From Lepidodermella squamata (lineage: Eukaryota; Animalia; Gastrotricha), in assembly GCA_047495785.1 (NCBI GenBank), contig JBLDXI010000025.1, forward strand, positions 1,178,001-1,242,000: 64,000 nucleotides of DNA. The letters are read 5' to 3'. The notes under the pieces were generated by a model. That model saw nothing but the letters and a program-made list of their open reading frames with translations. It made no database searches and was not told the DNA's origin. Of this stretch, positions 12,529-24,298 are shown one piece after another (within the stretch, counting starts at the first letter, position 1; each line of letters opens with the position of its first letter). The position numbers were made by a program, and so were the translations under genes.

Positions 12529-14052
12529 CTATTCCGAGGAAGAAGAGTCAGTGCTTGAAGTATCCATCGGAACTTCTTCGCGATTTGCTTCCTCCTGAGC
12601 TGAAGGAGGAACAACTACCGGAACAGCTGGAGCCGCCATAACTTCCTCTTTCTTCGAGTCCTTCTTGGATTGAGAACGAGAGCGCGATCTACGGCTTGAT
12701 TTCGACGACTTCTTTTCACGGGATTTTGACCGAGACCGTTTCCTCGATGATTTTCTATCCTTTCGGTCGTCCTTCTTACGACGACTGCGGGATGAAGAGC
12801 GATCGCGAGATGATTTTCGGTCTTTCTTCGATTTCGATGATTTCTCCTTACTGCGATCACGGCGTTCACGCGATTTTGACCGTTTCCGATCTTTCCGACG
12901 ATCTCGTGATGTAGAACGAGATTTCGATCGCTTACGGTCTTTACGCCGCTCACCTGATCGACGGCGGCGATCGCGGCTGCGAGAGCGTGACTTTGACTTC
13001 GATCTACGAGATCGATGACGATCAGAGCGATGGCGTGATCTCGAGCGCGACCTGGTTCGACGAGATTTAGCAGCCGGGGATGAAGATCTGCCAGGGGTAG
13101 GCAGTCTCTTAACCGGGACAGGGACAGATGGTGGGATGTTGGTTAGTTTAGCCAACGGCCCTGATAGCTGCTTTGGTGATATCATTTCATCCTCTACGCC
13201 TCGCGTGATTTGCGCTTGATTCTCCCGCATTCTTCGCAAGCCTTCTTCCAGCGTATCCGACGCTGAGCTACTTTGATTCGAATCCGAGGAGCGATCATCG
13301 TGGTTAGCAATCGGTCGATCGATAGCTTGAGTAGCATGACTAACTTTCACGGTTCGATCGCCTAGCATGCAACCGTTGTAAGTCAGCGCGCCTGAAACTG
13401 ATTCTTGATCACAATACTCGATGTAACAACCACGCAGGCCGTCAGGACCGAAAGCAGTCATGCGGGCGAATTTAACCTCACCGGCTTGGTTAAAAACCGT
13501 GATCAATTTATCACATGCAACGGAAGGATCCAGATTTGAGACGTAAATAGTCTTGCGGATGTCTTCGATTCGAGATGTATCCGTCGTTTCATATGTCAAA
13601 GGCGGATAAGGCGTCAAGCCCAGCTCGACCAGCTTTGGGTCAATAGTGACAATCTGTTGATTCGGCGCCTGTCCAACAACTTGATTAACTACACGAGCTG
13701 GCCAGCTCTTCGTCTTCGGCAATATACCAAATACAGCACCCTGAGGCGACGCGACGGCTAGAGCCTCCTTTTCAGAGGGGAATTTAGAATCGTTAGACGA
13801 AAAAGGTTGAATAAACAAAGCACGATCGTTGAAAACTGTGTTTTGCAGATGAAGAGCGATATCAACACTCTCTGGATCGGAAAATTTCACATAAGCAACT
13901 TTAGTTGCAAATCTTCCATCCTCTGATTCAGGATACACTTGAATAGACGAAATGTTGCCAATATAGCCGAAGAACGCATTGAGTTGATCTCTGGTAACAG
14001 CGTTGGAAATATTAGTCACTTGTATGATACAAGGACCTGACGATGACGGCAT
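12529..14052 (-). CDS. SR-related splicing factor of the SREK1/SRSF11 (p54) family: 2 RRMs plus a long RS/RD/K domain; intronless CDS
   Basis: RRM1 IQVTNIS...VAYVKFSDPESVDIALHLQNTVFNDRAL, linker DPKLVELGLTPYPPL, RRM2 IEDIRKTIYVSNL...GEVKFARM, then an RS domain. The ATG is at 14052; the ORF track starts at an upstream GTG. Confidence 0.88.
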   Translation of the reverse strand: MPSSSGPCIIQVTNISNAVTRDQLNAFFGYIGNISSIQVYPESEDGRFATKVAYVKFSDPESVDIALHLQNTVFNDRALFIQPFSSNDSKFPSEKEALAVASPQGAVFGILPKTKSWPARVVNQVVGQAPNQQIVTIDPKLVELGLTPYPPLTYETTDTSRIEDIRKTIYVSNLDPSVACDKLITVFNQAGEVKFARMTAFGPDGLRGCYIEYCDQESVSGALTYNGCMLGDRTVKVSHATQAIDRPIANHDDRSSDSNQSSSASDTLEEGLRRMRENQAQITRGVEDEMISPKQLSGPLAKLTNIPPSVPVPVKRLPTPGRSSSPAAKSRRTRSRSRSRHRSDRHRSRRSKSKSRSRSRDRRRRSGERRKDRKRSKSRSTSRDRRKDRKRSKSRERRDRSKEKSSKSKKDRKSSRDRSSSRSRRKKDDRKDRKSSRKRSRSKSREKKSSKSSRRSRSRSQSKKDSKKEEVMAAPAVPVVVPPSAQEEANREEVPMDTSSTDSSSSE

Positions 14053-14280
14053 TTCGGCTAAATGAGGCACCCGGCAATATTCAGCAAGAAATATGCCTCC
14101 AGCTAAGGCAAGAAACGATAAATGTACCTACAGGGCAAGAAAAAACATGGTAAAATACGACATGCAGAAACACGCAAAACGGAAAAGTGAGAGTCAGGTG
14201 TTTGGTGTATTTACGCAAAAAGTCCCACAACAACCTACAACGTAAGTCGTACATTATAGGTGGTGTTTAGCATAGTGAAC

Positions 14281-14332
14281 TCAGTGATGAATCACATCCA
14301 TGTTTTTCAGTGATGAATCACATCCATGTTTT
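14281..14332. repeat. 26-bp tandem duplication TCAGTGATGAATCACATCCATGTTTT x2
   Basis: Two exact adjacent copies upstream of the SR-protein gene. Confidence 0.9.
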
Positions 14333-15504
14333 TTCTTGGCTTGTTATGTGGTGATGGTGGTGCGGTCGAGCGGTCGGTTATTTTTTTAGCTGATTAATTA
14401 GATGGAGATGAATGAAAAATATTTGCAAAAACTACTATCGCAACAAAATTCACCACCTCACCACCACACCATCGACGCAGCAAATAAAAATGGACTTCGA
14501 CCCTGCAAACCCGGCCTACAATGTAAGTCGAAGCCAATAAGAAAGACCTCCCATTTACCGATTATGGTTAAAAACTATTTGATTGAGCGGTCTAAAAGAT
14601 ATAATGGGATATTTGTGACAAAACATGAGGCATATGAAAGTTTCTCTGTTCTCAGTAAAGAGACATCCGCTTTTCACTGACTCATTAAGGGCGGAGCGTT
14701 TTTGAGTCTGGTCTTTTTTCAAAATTGTCTCGATTGTTTTTTCTGTCAAAACCATTTTGCGTTAAAATTATTTTGCAATTTACGATTAAAAATTAAATAA
14801 AAAAATAATCCGATGTAATTTTATAATTATTAATGACATTGTTTTGCCGTATGTTTTTCATATTTTGGCGGTATTTTGTTTGGAGAACTCTTTAAAGAAT
14901 GAATGTCGAACTCTTCAATGTTGAAGGAACAGTTCCGTGCTTTTGCGCGAGCCTATTATTGGCTTCGTTTTTATGTTAGCTTCTATTCCTCCCAGTTCAT
15001 AACTTGAAGAAACTCAGGTCTTTGTAACGGTTAAACTTTTTGCTGACAAATTCAATTGTATTTCAATGACTGAAATGTTAGACCGGAATTCAATTATCAT
15101 TTCCGAGCGCGGCAGCTATCGACAAGTAAACTGCGCGGCACCAGTCGCCCACATGAACACACACTCCAAATGATTCAGAAGGCAAGCGGCTGTTCTACCG
15201 ACAATGTGACCGGAAAGGTCTGCAGCCACCGCAAGTTTTGACCTGGAGCGAAAATGGTTTGAAATTCCCTGATCAGCCTTACTGGAATGACCGTGCTTTA
15301 TATTCTAGCCCAGCGGTGGAATCCTTAGCATCAACACTAACGTTATCCGAAGTTGCGCTGGTCACCTCGGCGAATCGTTAAACGCTAGAGGGCTATTCAA
15401 AAATCATCTTTCACTTGGGAAATCAATTGCTTCCTACTAGCTAAAGTTCGTGCAGTTGGGAGTAAGATTTGATTATGATGGGATATGATTCCCAGAACCT
15501 TTAA

Positions 15505-16257
15505 CCCTTTCGCGGCCATCAGGACGATCTCGGAATTTTGACTTCGGCAGTGCGCCAAAATTTCAATTTGATGCAGTTCTGATCGCCCATTCGGGAAATG
15601 CTACTTCTCGATCCTTGCTCGAAGAATTTGAAACAATCAGACCGCTATCTCACACCGCTTTGAAAAATTGGTAACCGAGGAGAGACATTTCGATTTTTTC
15701 AAATTAAAATTAAGTTAACCCCATCTCATTTTCCGGTCATACTACAGTGCCCGGCATAGTCTCATTCACTTGTGAGTACATTTTTATCAACTTTCGTCAA
15801 AAACTAACAGCGCTGCCTTGATTTTAGTTAAGTTGTCGAAATCGTCCTATCGGTCCAGACGTCATACAGGCGAGAAACATGTTTTTGCGCTTCAAAACAG
15901 CCGCTTGTGAAAAAGCTGACTTGGCTGAATACTGATCAAAATGCTGCTGATTTTTGAAACCTGGTTTTAACTGACTTCTTTCCTCAGAATAACAAAGGGG
16001 GATTTTCAGGGACTGTTGAGGGAGAGGCTTAGAACATGAAAATTAAATGTTGAGAGCACCACCTGAACTAGGGTGTTTGAAAAATGTGCTGAAATCAGCT
16101 TGGCCGATAGGGCGATTTCGACCAATTTTCGTACAGCCTTAACGGTGATAGATAGAGACAAGCGGGCTTCAAAATCGCGATCAGTGCCTTTGAAAACCCC
16201 TAGTAATGCTGTCAAATATATTTTCTACCGGAGATAAGTAATTCGGCCATGAAAGGG
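15505..16257. mobile_element. Non-autonomous piggyBac-type element (MITE), 753 bp
   Basis: TTAA at 15501-15504 and 16258-16261. The ends CCCTTTCGCGGCC and GGCCATGAAAGGG match as inverted repeats at 11/13 with CCC...GGG termini. No transposase ORF. Confidence 0.8.
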
Positions 16258-17162
16258 TTAAAAGTGTTGGCGGGATATTTTAAGAGATTGGTTTTGAGTC
16301 TTTCGAGGCTCAGGTATCACGAACAATGATCGATAACCTAATCGAATAAGATTTTTAAGCAAAAGCAATCCGGCTATTTCTCATCGGCTCGAAATGAAGG
16401 CTTTCGAAACACGCCATGTGTAAGATGATTCTAATGTACCTAGATGTGCCCGAAATTATTTGTTCCATGGACATAAAACGATGAAAGAATATGTAAACGG
16501 AAATAAAGGTAAAGCCGATTAGCCGGGCTGCCTATTAGTTGACCGGGCTGCAGGCTTACCACTAGGCGCTTTACCTATTTCGTTACCACAGGATCCAACA
16601 ATTCTTCGACAGCTTTTTCCGAAATTAGAGCTCTACACTCCATCTTTGATAACAGTCCATTTCACGCGGATTTTCGGCTATACGGCAAACACAGCAAGAA
16701 AATGGAAGAGCCCACATGGGAATAGCAAACCAGTCTCAGTAGCTCTTCAATTGACACACTGGACCTCAAGTTACTGTTTCCGAGGATCATGTTAATCAGA
16801 CTTAGTCGTAGACCTGCGGTTATAGCGTAATATATGTTCTCCCTTCTCGCATGGAACAGTTTTCACGAGATTCGCGTGGTTTCTCAACAGGCCTGGCGAA
16901 CCTCTATAAGCTTCTCGCTCTCATTTGTTGAGACCCACATCGTCGAAAACATAATTAAAAAGATCAGCTGGTTTTTTCAAATCACATGATGCAAGGTTTT
17001 CTGACTCAGTTCCCGAGTCAGCTAGTTTCCACATTAATGAAGTGACCAAGTGCGAATTAGAAATTAAAACATGAAATTTATTTCGCTTTTATAGATCGAA
17101 TCACTCTAAAATACATTTGTACAATGCAACAAAACAGATTTGCTACCAAAATAAAAATAGAA

Positions 17163-18239
17163 TCAGTCCACACCGGAATCGATTCCGTCAAGCCCGTCTG
17201 CATTTTCGCCACCGAATCGAGGGTCGTCGGGAAGATCGTCCTATTCAAGAAGGTTCAAAATACGTAAAAATTCTCAAAAATTACTCACGTTCATTTCACG
17301 AGGCTCCTGATCTTCGCCGTAATGCAAAGCAAGGTCGATTTGGATCAAAACTAGGCTGATGCAATCTTCATCGGTTGGATCAAGTGGCACGAATTGAATG
17401 AGACTATAATCATCGATCTAGGGAGAAAATATAAGAAGTGAACGATATCCTACAGAATTTCTTTTATAACAAACCAGGTTAGCAATGGCTTTGTTGAGTT
17501 TTTTGAATTTGTCACCGAAAAGCATGGTTTCATGAGCGAGACTCAAGGCGTGCGGGTCCGTGAACTTGTCAATGTTCTCCTTAGCCTCCTTGTTGAGCAA
17601 ATCAACCTTCGACAGCACATTCACATGCGGAATTTCGAGATTCACCATAGCCGATAAAGCTGACAGCATTCCAGCTATAAATTTGCTCGGCTCGATCAAA
17701 AACTGCGAATCAAGCATGAAAACGGCGCACAACGTAAAACCCATTGTTCGCTGCAGATGAGCAATTATCGTTCGGAAAATGTTTGTATGCGTATAGAGTT
17801 CGATCTGACCTAATTACGAGACAAAACGTGAAAATATTCGAACCATGACTCTTAAATTTTACCAGGACAATCAATGAGAAAGTAGTCATCATCGCCTTCG
17901 CCAATATTTTCGTCTAGCCAATCAAGATTGTCAACTAGATACTGCATGCAAAACATGAGACCGCCATTTGGGCCAAATCTCAATTCGTTATCCTCCATAA
18001 CGTCATCCACTGCAATCAATTCGCGAATATCAGCTGCAACGGGGTAGTCGAAGGCTTCGGCGGCTGGGTCCAAATTGATGACGCGAACACTGCGGCGTAT
18101 CGTCTCGCAGTGCTTCACCATTGTTGAGCAGAAAGTCGACTAAAAATCAAATATTCTCAGATGAGAAAACATTTTATTTCATTTTTCTTACCTTTCCACA
18201 GGCGGCAGGTCCCATGACCAACTGAGCATATCTCGGCAT
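17163..18239 (-). CDS. GPN3: GPN-loop GTPase 3; exons 18239-18192, 18139-17863, 17809-17475, 17417-17289, 17240-17163
   Basis: [34 protein letters not shown] (GPN loop), [40 protein letters not shown]; four GT-AG introns of about 50 nt. Confidence 0.95.
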
Positions 18240-18404
18240 TTTAATATGGTTCTCTATGATAAAAATAATGCCAATGGTTAACAACCGGCCGTTTGTATTG
18301 GTTTTTAATATTGAAAGTTGAGCAGGCGTGGATTGGAGTTAAAAACGTAGCAAATAGTAAACGAAAAAACACGCGACGTCATCGATCGTTACATGAGTCA
18401 ATTA

Positions 18405-19343
18405 TCAGCGACTATACTTTTGTTTCAGCTGCTCGAAAAGTTCATCGGTGAGCACGAAAGACAAGCTCTGAAGGTCAAGCGGGGCTTGCGGGTTATGTGT
18501 CTGCAACCAATCAGCCTTGGCGAGAAACAACGAGTTTGGAGCTGAGCCTTCGAGCAGAAGAAGTTGCTTCTGCTGTAAAATGTGGTTGATACGCAACATT
18601 CGCATGAAAGTAATGCCTTTTGAGCTAGGGTCGAGGACAAAGCGCCAGTAATCGATTGGCGCGTTGCCGTTTTCATTCATCTGTTCATTCAGCGCTACAT
18701 TCAGAGAATTCATTTCGCCTAGGGTTTCAAGGTCGTGTTCGTCAGCAGCTGCTCGCTCAGCCTCGCCAACTTCATCAGCTTGAGCGCCCGCCGCTTTTTC
18801 GGCAGCATTCGCTTCTTTTTCCGCGGCAGCCATCGATTTACGCTTCGCCGCTTTCTCTTTCTGGCTCAATTGAGTTTGTTCCAGCTGAGCCGGGTCCGCC
18901 TTTATACCAGCTCCTTCAATCGCAATTTTCACCGAATCCCACGGAGGGCATGATCGAAAATGTTTAGCAACGGTAAGAACCCACTTTTTCAGGGCCGAGC
19001 TATCTTCGGCGTGTTCAGCTTGATCACTGTGATCGCGATAGCTTCGGTCGAACGCGTTGAGAATGTCTTTAATAGATATTTTACCACCGACGCCGTCACT
19101 GCAAGAGGCCAGAGCCGATTCGCAGAAGTCGAGTTCGCGGTTAGCAGATCTAATGTCGGTTAAGACGAAGTCTGAATCCAGTAGCATGGCAGCTTGTTGC
19201 AAGGCATGCGTAGCTTCTCGAGTAGAGCCGCCAGCTGCTGAGCCTTGAGTAACTCTTTCTTCGACTGCTTCCAATGCTAAGAACAGTCGGTTTCGTTTCT
19301 CGATCGCCTCCTGACGTTTTGCATTCACGCTATTCAAATTCAT
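18405..19343 (-). CDS. Divergent NSE4/EID-family kleisin (Smc5/6 subunit) candidate; single exon
   Basis: N-terminal AAMLLDSDFVL resembles the Nse4 A.LD..F motif. C-terminal PIDYWRFVLDPSSKGITF resembles the Nse4_C P...F.FV.DP.SF..T motif. ATG at 19343. Confidence 0.55.
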   Translation of the reverse strand: MNLNSVNAKRQEAIEKRNRLFLALEAVEERVTQGSAAGGSTREATHALQQAAMLLDSDFVLTDIRSANRELDFCESALASCSDGVGGKISIKDILNAFDRSYRDHSDQAEHAEDSSALKKWVLTVAKHFRSCPPWDSVKIAIEGAGIKADPAQLEQTQLSQKEKAAKRKSMAAAEKEANAAEKAAGAQADEVGEAERAAADEHDLETLGEMNSLNVALNEQMNENGNAPIDYWRFVLDPSSKGITFMRMLRINHILQQKQLLLLEGSAPNSLFLAKADWLQTHNPQAPLDLQSLSFVLTDELFEQLKQKYSR

Positions 19344-19907
19344 TTTAGCGGATTGGAAATATTGCACAGATAATAAATCTAAACTGAGACAGAAACAAAC
19401 AACGTTAAATAGGATAACGACTAAGCAGCTCTGTTCTCTCTCGCGTCGAGACTTCTTGCTTGAGGCTGAACATTTTGCCAAAACATTTCCGCGAACTAGA
19501 TTTTATAACTGGCGGCATGGGTGGCGGGCAGCGGGCCAATTTTAAGGGGGTCTGCTTCCGTTCACACTTGACGGCATCAAGGAAGCTTGGGACAAAACTC
19601 TTGGGTAACAAAGGTCACTTAGGCGAACTCCCTTCAACGTGAAACGAACTCTGTCGCAGCATCAAATTCGCGGGGTTTTTGCAAAATATGACCTTGAAAC
19701 ACATTTTTTGTAAAATTTTCCATCATTGTCGATTTTAATCAATACTAGATATAAATAGTCTTAAAAAGAGGCATGCGAGAATGAGGCGCAACACGAGGCA
19801 CCAAATAGCGTGAGTCAAAAAGCTTGGGGTGTAGAGTTTTCAATATTTTTAGTAAGTGTGACCGTTAACCGTCTAACGTCAACGTCAAACGTTTTGCCTG
19901 TTTGAGC

Positions 19908-20824
19908 ATGCCGGTGAGTTTCCTTTCCAATATAGCTTGCTTAAATTCTTACTTGGGATTGTTTTCTCCAGGCTTATCATTCGCAGTTTACTGAGAGTTC
20001 GCCGCAATCGGTGGGCAATCTTGCCATATTGCCTATCAAAACTCAATTACGCGGTCCTGCCCCTAGACATCGTTAGTTTTAGCGATATCCTGTTTCCTTC
20101 CTATAATAGATTCCTGATTTTAATGTAGCCGGTGGATCTGCCGACGACGATATCATTGATGAAACCTTGAAGTACTTCAAGGCGAATGTATTCTTTCGGC
20201 GATTTGAAATCAAGGGCGATGCCGATCGTGTGATGATTTACCTCACTCTTTACGTCACAGAGTGTTTGAAGCGCTTGCAAAGGACTTCTTCGAAAGAACA
20301 GGGCAAGAAGGAGTTGGCTTCTCTGGCTCTCGAAAAGCTCCCGATTCCCGGCGAACCTAACTTTCCATTGAATGCTATGTACGCTAAGCCGAAGAACCCT
20401 CAAGAACAAGGTGAGAATGATTTTATATCTATGGTCTCTTCAATAATTCCAAGGGATGATATTTACAAGCGAGACTGGCGAGATTTGCTATTGATGTGAG
20501 TCATCGCAGGGCAGTTTTGCGGCTTTGATTCATGTTGATAGCTCGTAATCAAACCTACCCTGTGATTGCAATGTAGTCATAGTTACTCTGATGGGTCTCA
20601 ATTAGTCTATTTAAGCATCTTGATTTTTTCGATAGTCTCTTACGACTTTTTTGTGCTTTCTAGAATTGATGCAGCTCTATCTGCTCCAACTGAGACAAGA
20701 ACTCGGCCTTCGGCTTGTCGACAAAGTGTTCGACCCTCAAACAGATAAGCCGAGCAAATGGTGGATGTGTTTTGTGCGTCGCCGTTTCATGGACAAGAGT
20801 CTTTCGGGCAATTCAACCAATTAA
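19908..20824 (+). CDS. ARPC3: Arp2/3 complex subunit 3 (p21-Arc); exons 19908-19913, 19972-20071, 20129-20410, 20664-20824
   Basis: MPAYHS..., [59 protein letters not shown]...[18 protein letters not shown]. Confidence 0.96.
20446..20596 (+). ncRNA. Intronic box C/D snoRNA, SNORD46/snR63-like (copy 1, ARPC3 intron 3)
   Basis: Variant box C GGGATGA at 20453-20459 and box D CTGA at 20588-20591, closed by a CCA/TGG terminal stem. The guide AGTCATAGTTACT is complementary to the conserved LSU rRNA sequence AGUAACUAUGACU. Long central hairpin; box D lies 72 nt before the 3' splice site. Confidence 0.88.
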
Positions 20825-21085
20825 AGAAACAATTTTACGAAAATCAGCTGTCGTGCATTTTCATCAATTCATTCATTCTCGATTTCCAATTTAATCAACG
20901 CTGATTGTTTATTATTATTTACTTATTATTTATCGTTGAAGCTCTAAGCTTGAGATGCTATCCCGCTACAAATTGCAACAACCGAAGTGCTAATATCAAG
21001 CTAGTGTATGGCTTTGCATGCTTTTTAAACAAAAATGATGAGAATTTAATTGATTGCTTTCTTTCCTGTAGAGTTTTAAATAATA

Positions 21086-22446
21086 ATGTCGGCTGAATCT
21101 GCTCCAGTCGCAGTGGGCTTTTCGAACCTGCCGAGCCAAGCTCATCGAAAAGCTGTTAAGAAGGGCTTTGAATTGACTATCATGGTTGTTGGCGAATCTG
21201 GCCTTGGAAAATCAACGCTGATTCCGGCCTTGTTTTTATCGGACGCGCTCTACAATTCGCAGCAAGCTAATACAACCCAAGATATTTACGATCGAACTAC
21301 TAAAATCGAAACTCACACTGTCGACATCGAAGAGGGTGGCGTTAAAGTCCATCTAACAATTGTTGACACGCCTGGTTACGCCGATGGGCTCGATTGCACT
21401 CAAGAGTAAGTATATTTTCAAAATAATCCGAGTTTTGATTCCAAGGGATGATATTTACAAGCGAGACTGGCGAGATTTGCTATTGATGTGAGTCATCGCA
21501 GGGCAGTTCTGCGGCTTTGATTCATGTTGATAGCTCGTAATCAAACCTACCCTGTGATTGCAATGTAGTCATAGTTACTCTGATGGGTTTTATTTCATCA
21601 TATAGTAACTGCTAGCATTTTTTCTGACGAAATGCTAATTTTTATTGCTTTTTCAGCATTGCACCAATTATTCGCTACATCGACGAGCAGTACGAGAAGT
21701 ATTTTCGCGACGAAAGCGGGCTGAACCGGCGAAATATCACCGACACGCGAGTTCACGCCTGTCTGTACTTCATCTCGCCGACTGGTTACGGCCTGAAATC
21801 AATCGACCGCGAATTCATTCGTTTACTGCAAAACAAAGTCAACATCGTGCCAGTCATTGCTAAAGCTGACACTTTGACCTCGTCGGAGTTGTCTTCACTA
21901 AAGGCCTTGATCCTCGAACAAATTCGCGCTGCTGATTTGAAAATTTTCCAAATCCCAGAGGCTGAGGTTGAGGAGGATATCGAGTATAAAAAGATCTGCA
22001 CTGCTCTGAAGCAAGCGATGCCTTTCGGCGTTGTTGGCGCGCCACTGGATTCGTACATTGAGGTCAAAGGGCGTAAGATTCGAGGCAGGGCCTATCCCTG
22101 GGGTGTGGTTGAGATCGACAACCCTGACCATTGCGATTTCGTGAAGTTACGAGCTTTATTGACTACGCACATGGGCGAGCTCCGTGATTCAACTCACGAT
22201 GTGTTGTACGAGGCGTATCGAGCTCAGCGTTTGCTGTCAACTGGCCCGGTTAGCGGCGGGTCTGCCGTTGATTCGTCGAGTTCGCTGCTGAGTGGCCAGG
22301 CTGGTCGAATGATGGACGAAGCGACGGAAAAAGAGCGTTTGCTGGCTGAAAAAGAACGCGAGTTGCGAGAGCTGGAACGCAAGCTGAAGAAGCAGCTTGA
22401 ACAGCAGCAGCAGCACCAAATCCAAACTTCGAATTCGATTGTCTGA
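21086..22446 (+). CDS. Septin, SEPT2-group-like; exons 21086-21405, 21657-22446
   Basis: [92 protein letters not shown] and a C-terminal coiled coil (EKERELRE). Confidence 0.93.
21438..21588 (+). ncRNA. Intronic box C/D snoRNA, SNORD46/snR63-like (copy 2, septin intron 1)
   Basis: 150/151 nt identical to 20446-20596; box D at 21580-21583 lies 73 nt before the 3' splice site. Confidence 0.88.
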
Positions 22447-22999
22447 GACAAAAAAAAACGTGACATTCCTTTGATCTTATTTAGCTCAAATCTTCATGCC
22501 TAGTTGCAACCATGACGCTGCTGCTCATCGAACGTGCATTTTTATCAAAAATATCGGGTTTTCTTCTGGCTTTTTCTCCCGGCTTTTTAAATCTTTCATC
22601 TCGCTTATTACGCATGACGATCTGATATTATTGAATTATTACTTTTTTCTTCGGAGTTTTCCACATGCCATTTTATATTGATTATATCGACTTCCTATAC
22701 GGTTGTACGCCCTCAACTGCCGAGTAATTAAAATAAAACTTAGATTTTCTCGAACGACATGGGCTTTTTAACTAAGTTTCCAACGAAGCTGGATCCACGA
22801 AGTAGATGTGAAGAAAAATTGCAAAACAGGCCGCGTTTTGATAAGGTGATGATTTATTGGATCCTCGTTAATAAAATGGAGAAATTTCCGAAATAGTGGC
22901 CAGCCTTGGGACCAGCACATCTTTTCCTTGTATTTGCGGCCCTGAATCTTCCAGACCAAAGGGTCCCCCTGTGGTACCCAGAGTAGATTTTTCCAGCTG

Positions 23000-23040
23000 G
23001 TGGGGCCGGTGCCCCCTGCCCCCCCTTAGTTACGCCTCTG
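23000..23040. mobile_element. Possible orphan terminus of a hAT-type MITE (...GCCCCCTGCCCCCCCTTAGTTACGCCTCTG)
   Basis: GC-rich end resembling CAGAGGCGTAACTAAGGGGG termini; the partner TIR was not found. Confidence 0.3.
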
Positions 23041-23319
23041 TTCCGAAATCGAAACTCCAGAAGGCGACGTTTCAGAAAATTCGGATATTTTTGTTTTGGT
23101 CACAGTATTAACGCGTCATTCCTGTTTCGGAAGAAAATTCGAATAATGAGAAAGAAATCCGAAAACTCCTGAAAATACGGGGAACTCTAATCAACACCCA
23201 TTGTATATTGACATTTACCTATTATAGGTATCGGATATCGGAGATGAAACCCATCGGTTCGTTAGGTACCTATTTAGATCGAACCATTTTACTCGTGAGC
23301 TTTCGCAGTTCAAATTGAA

Positions 23320-23700
23320 GCCTCATGAAAACCTCCGAACTATCGGGTGGATCGATGGAACTCATATTCTTAACAGCGCTCCGGCAAAAAAACCCAGTCG
23401 CCTAAAGTAATTACAAATGTTTCGTGGAGTTAGGGAAGTTTACGTGACGTTTCCACTATTGCAGAACCTGTTGGTTCCTTTCAATGCTTTGGGGTTGGTG
23501 CAAGACGAGGATGAAGCTCGAGAATTATATAGCAACAATTTATCGAGCCTGAGATTGATAATTGAGCGTGCGTTCGCTGAATTCAAAGGATTAGAGAAGA
23601 TTAAAACTATTTTCGCCCCGACTGCTGTCGCAGCCGCCTGCATTTTCCTCAATTTTTGAATTGACGAGGCTGATAACGATGGCTTTGTTACAGTATGAAT
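23320..23700 (+). mobile_element. Decayed PIF/Harbinger transposase (DDE_Tnp_4-like) fragment
   Basis: IGWIDGTHIL (GAIDGTHI motif) at about 23342 and SSLRLIIERAFAEFKG (R..IERAFG.LK motif); interrupted by stops. Confidence 0.7.
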
Positions 23701-24298
23701 TGAATTCTGCTGTGCCTGAAGCTCTAATTCTACCCTAATCAGATGATACCCAAGTGCCAATTACCTCCACAGGCAGTGAGAAGAGATGAAGTTTTACGGC
23801 TAATTAGGTAAGTGCGGTTTACGCGAAAATGAAAAATTGAAACTGTTCTTGCCGAAGATGAGAGAAATAAAATTTCCAGATCGCGTAATTATAAAAAATT
23901 GCTTGCTCTTCTTGCTCTTGACGTGTGACAAATTATGCCATCAGTTTCGTTTAAAAATTATTCGGACCCATCAGTCTACTCGGAATTCGTTCGAACCGGA
24001 CTTGAAAAACACACCCCAGGTACACACATTTCATACGGCTAAAACTGTTACGCTCAAGTTTCTCTCAAGATTAAAACCACAAAACATTTTATTTTATTGA
24101 ACAAAAATTAATTATTTAAATAATAGACTGGGTTTTGAACAGTTCATCACAATAGATTGAGAAATTGAATAATAGCACTTCATAGCCTGTGCAAGTCTTT
24201 GGCGAGGTGACCAGAACAAGCTTCGTCAACTCGATTCTTGACAGAGACGAAAAATATTGACCTGCTACATTTTCGAAATCGCCAGTGAAGCGTGAAAA

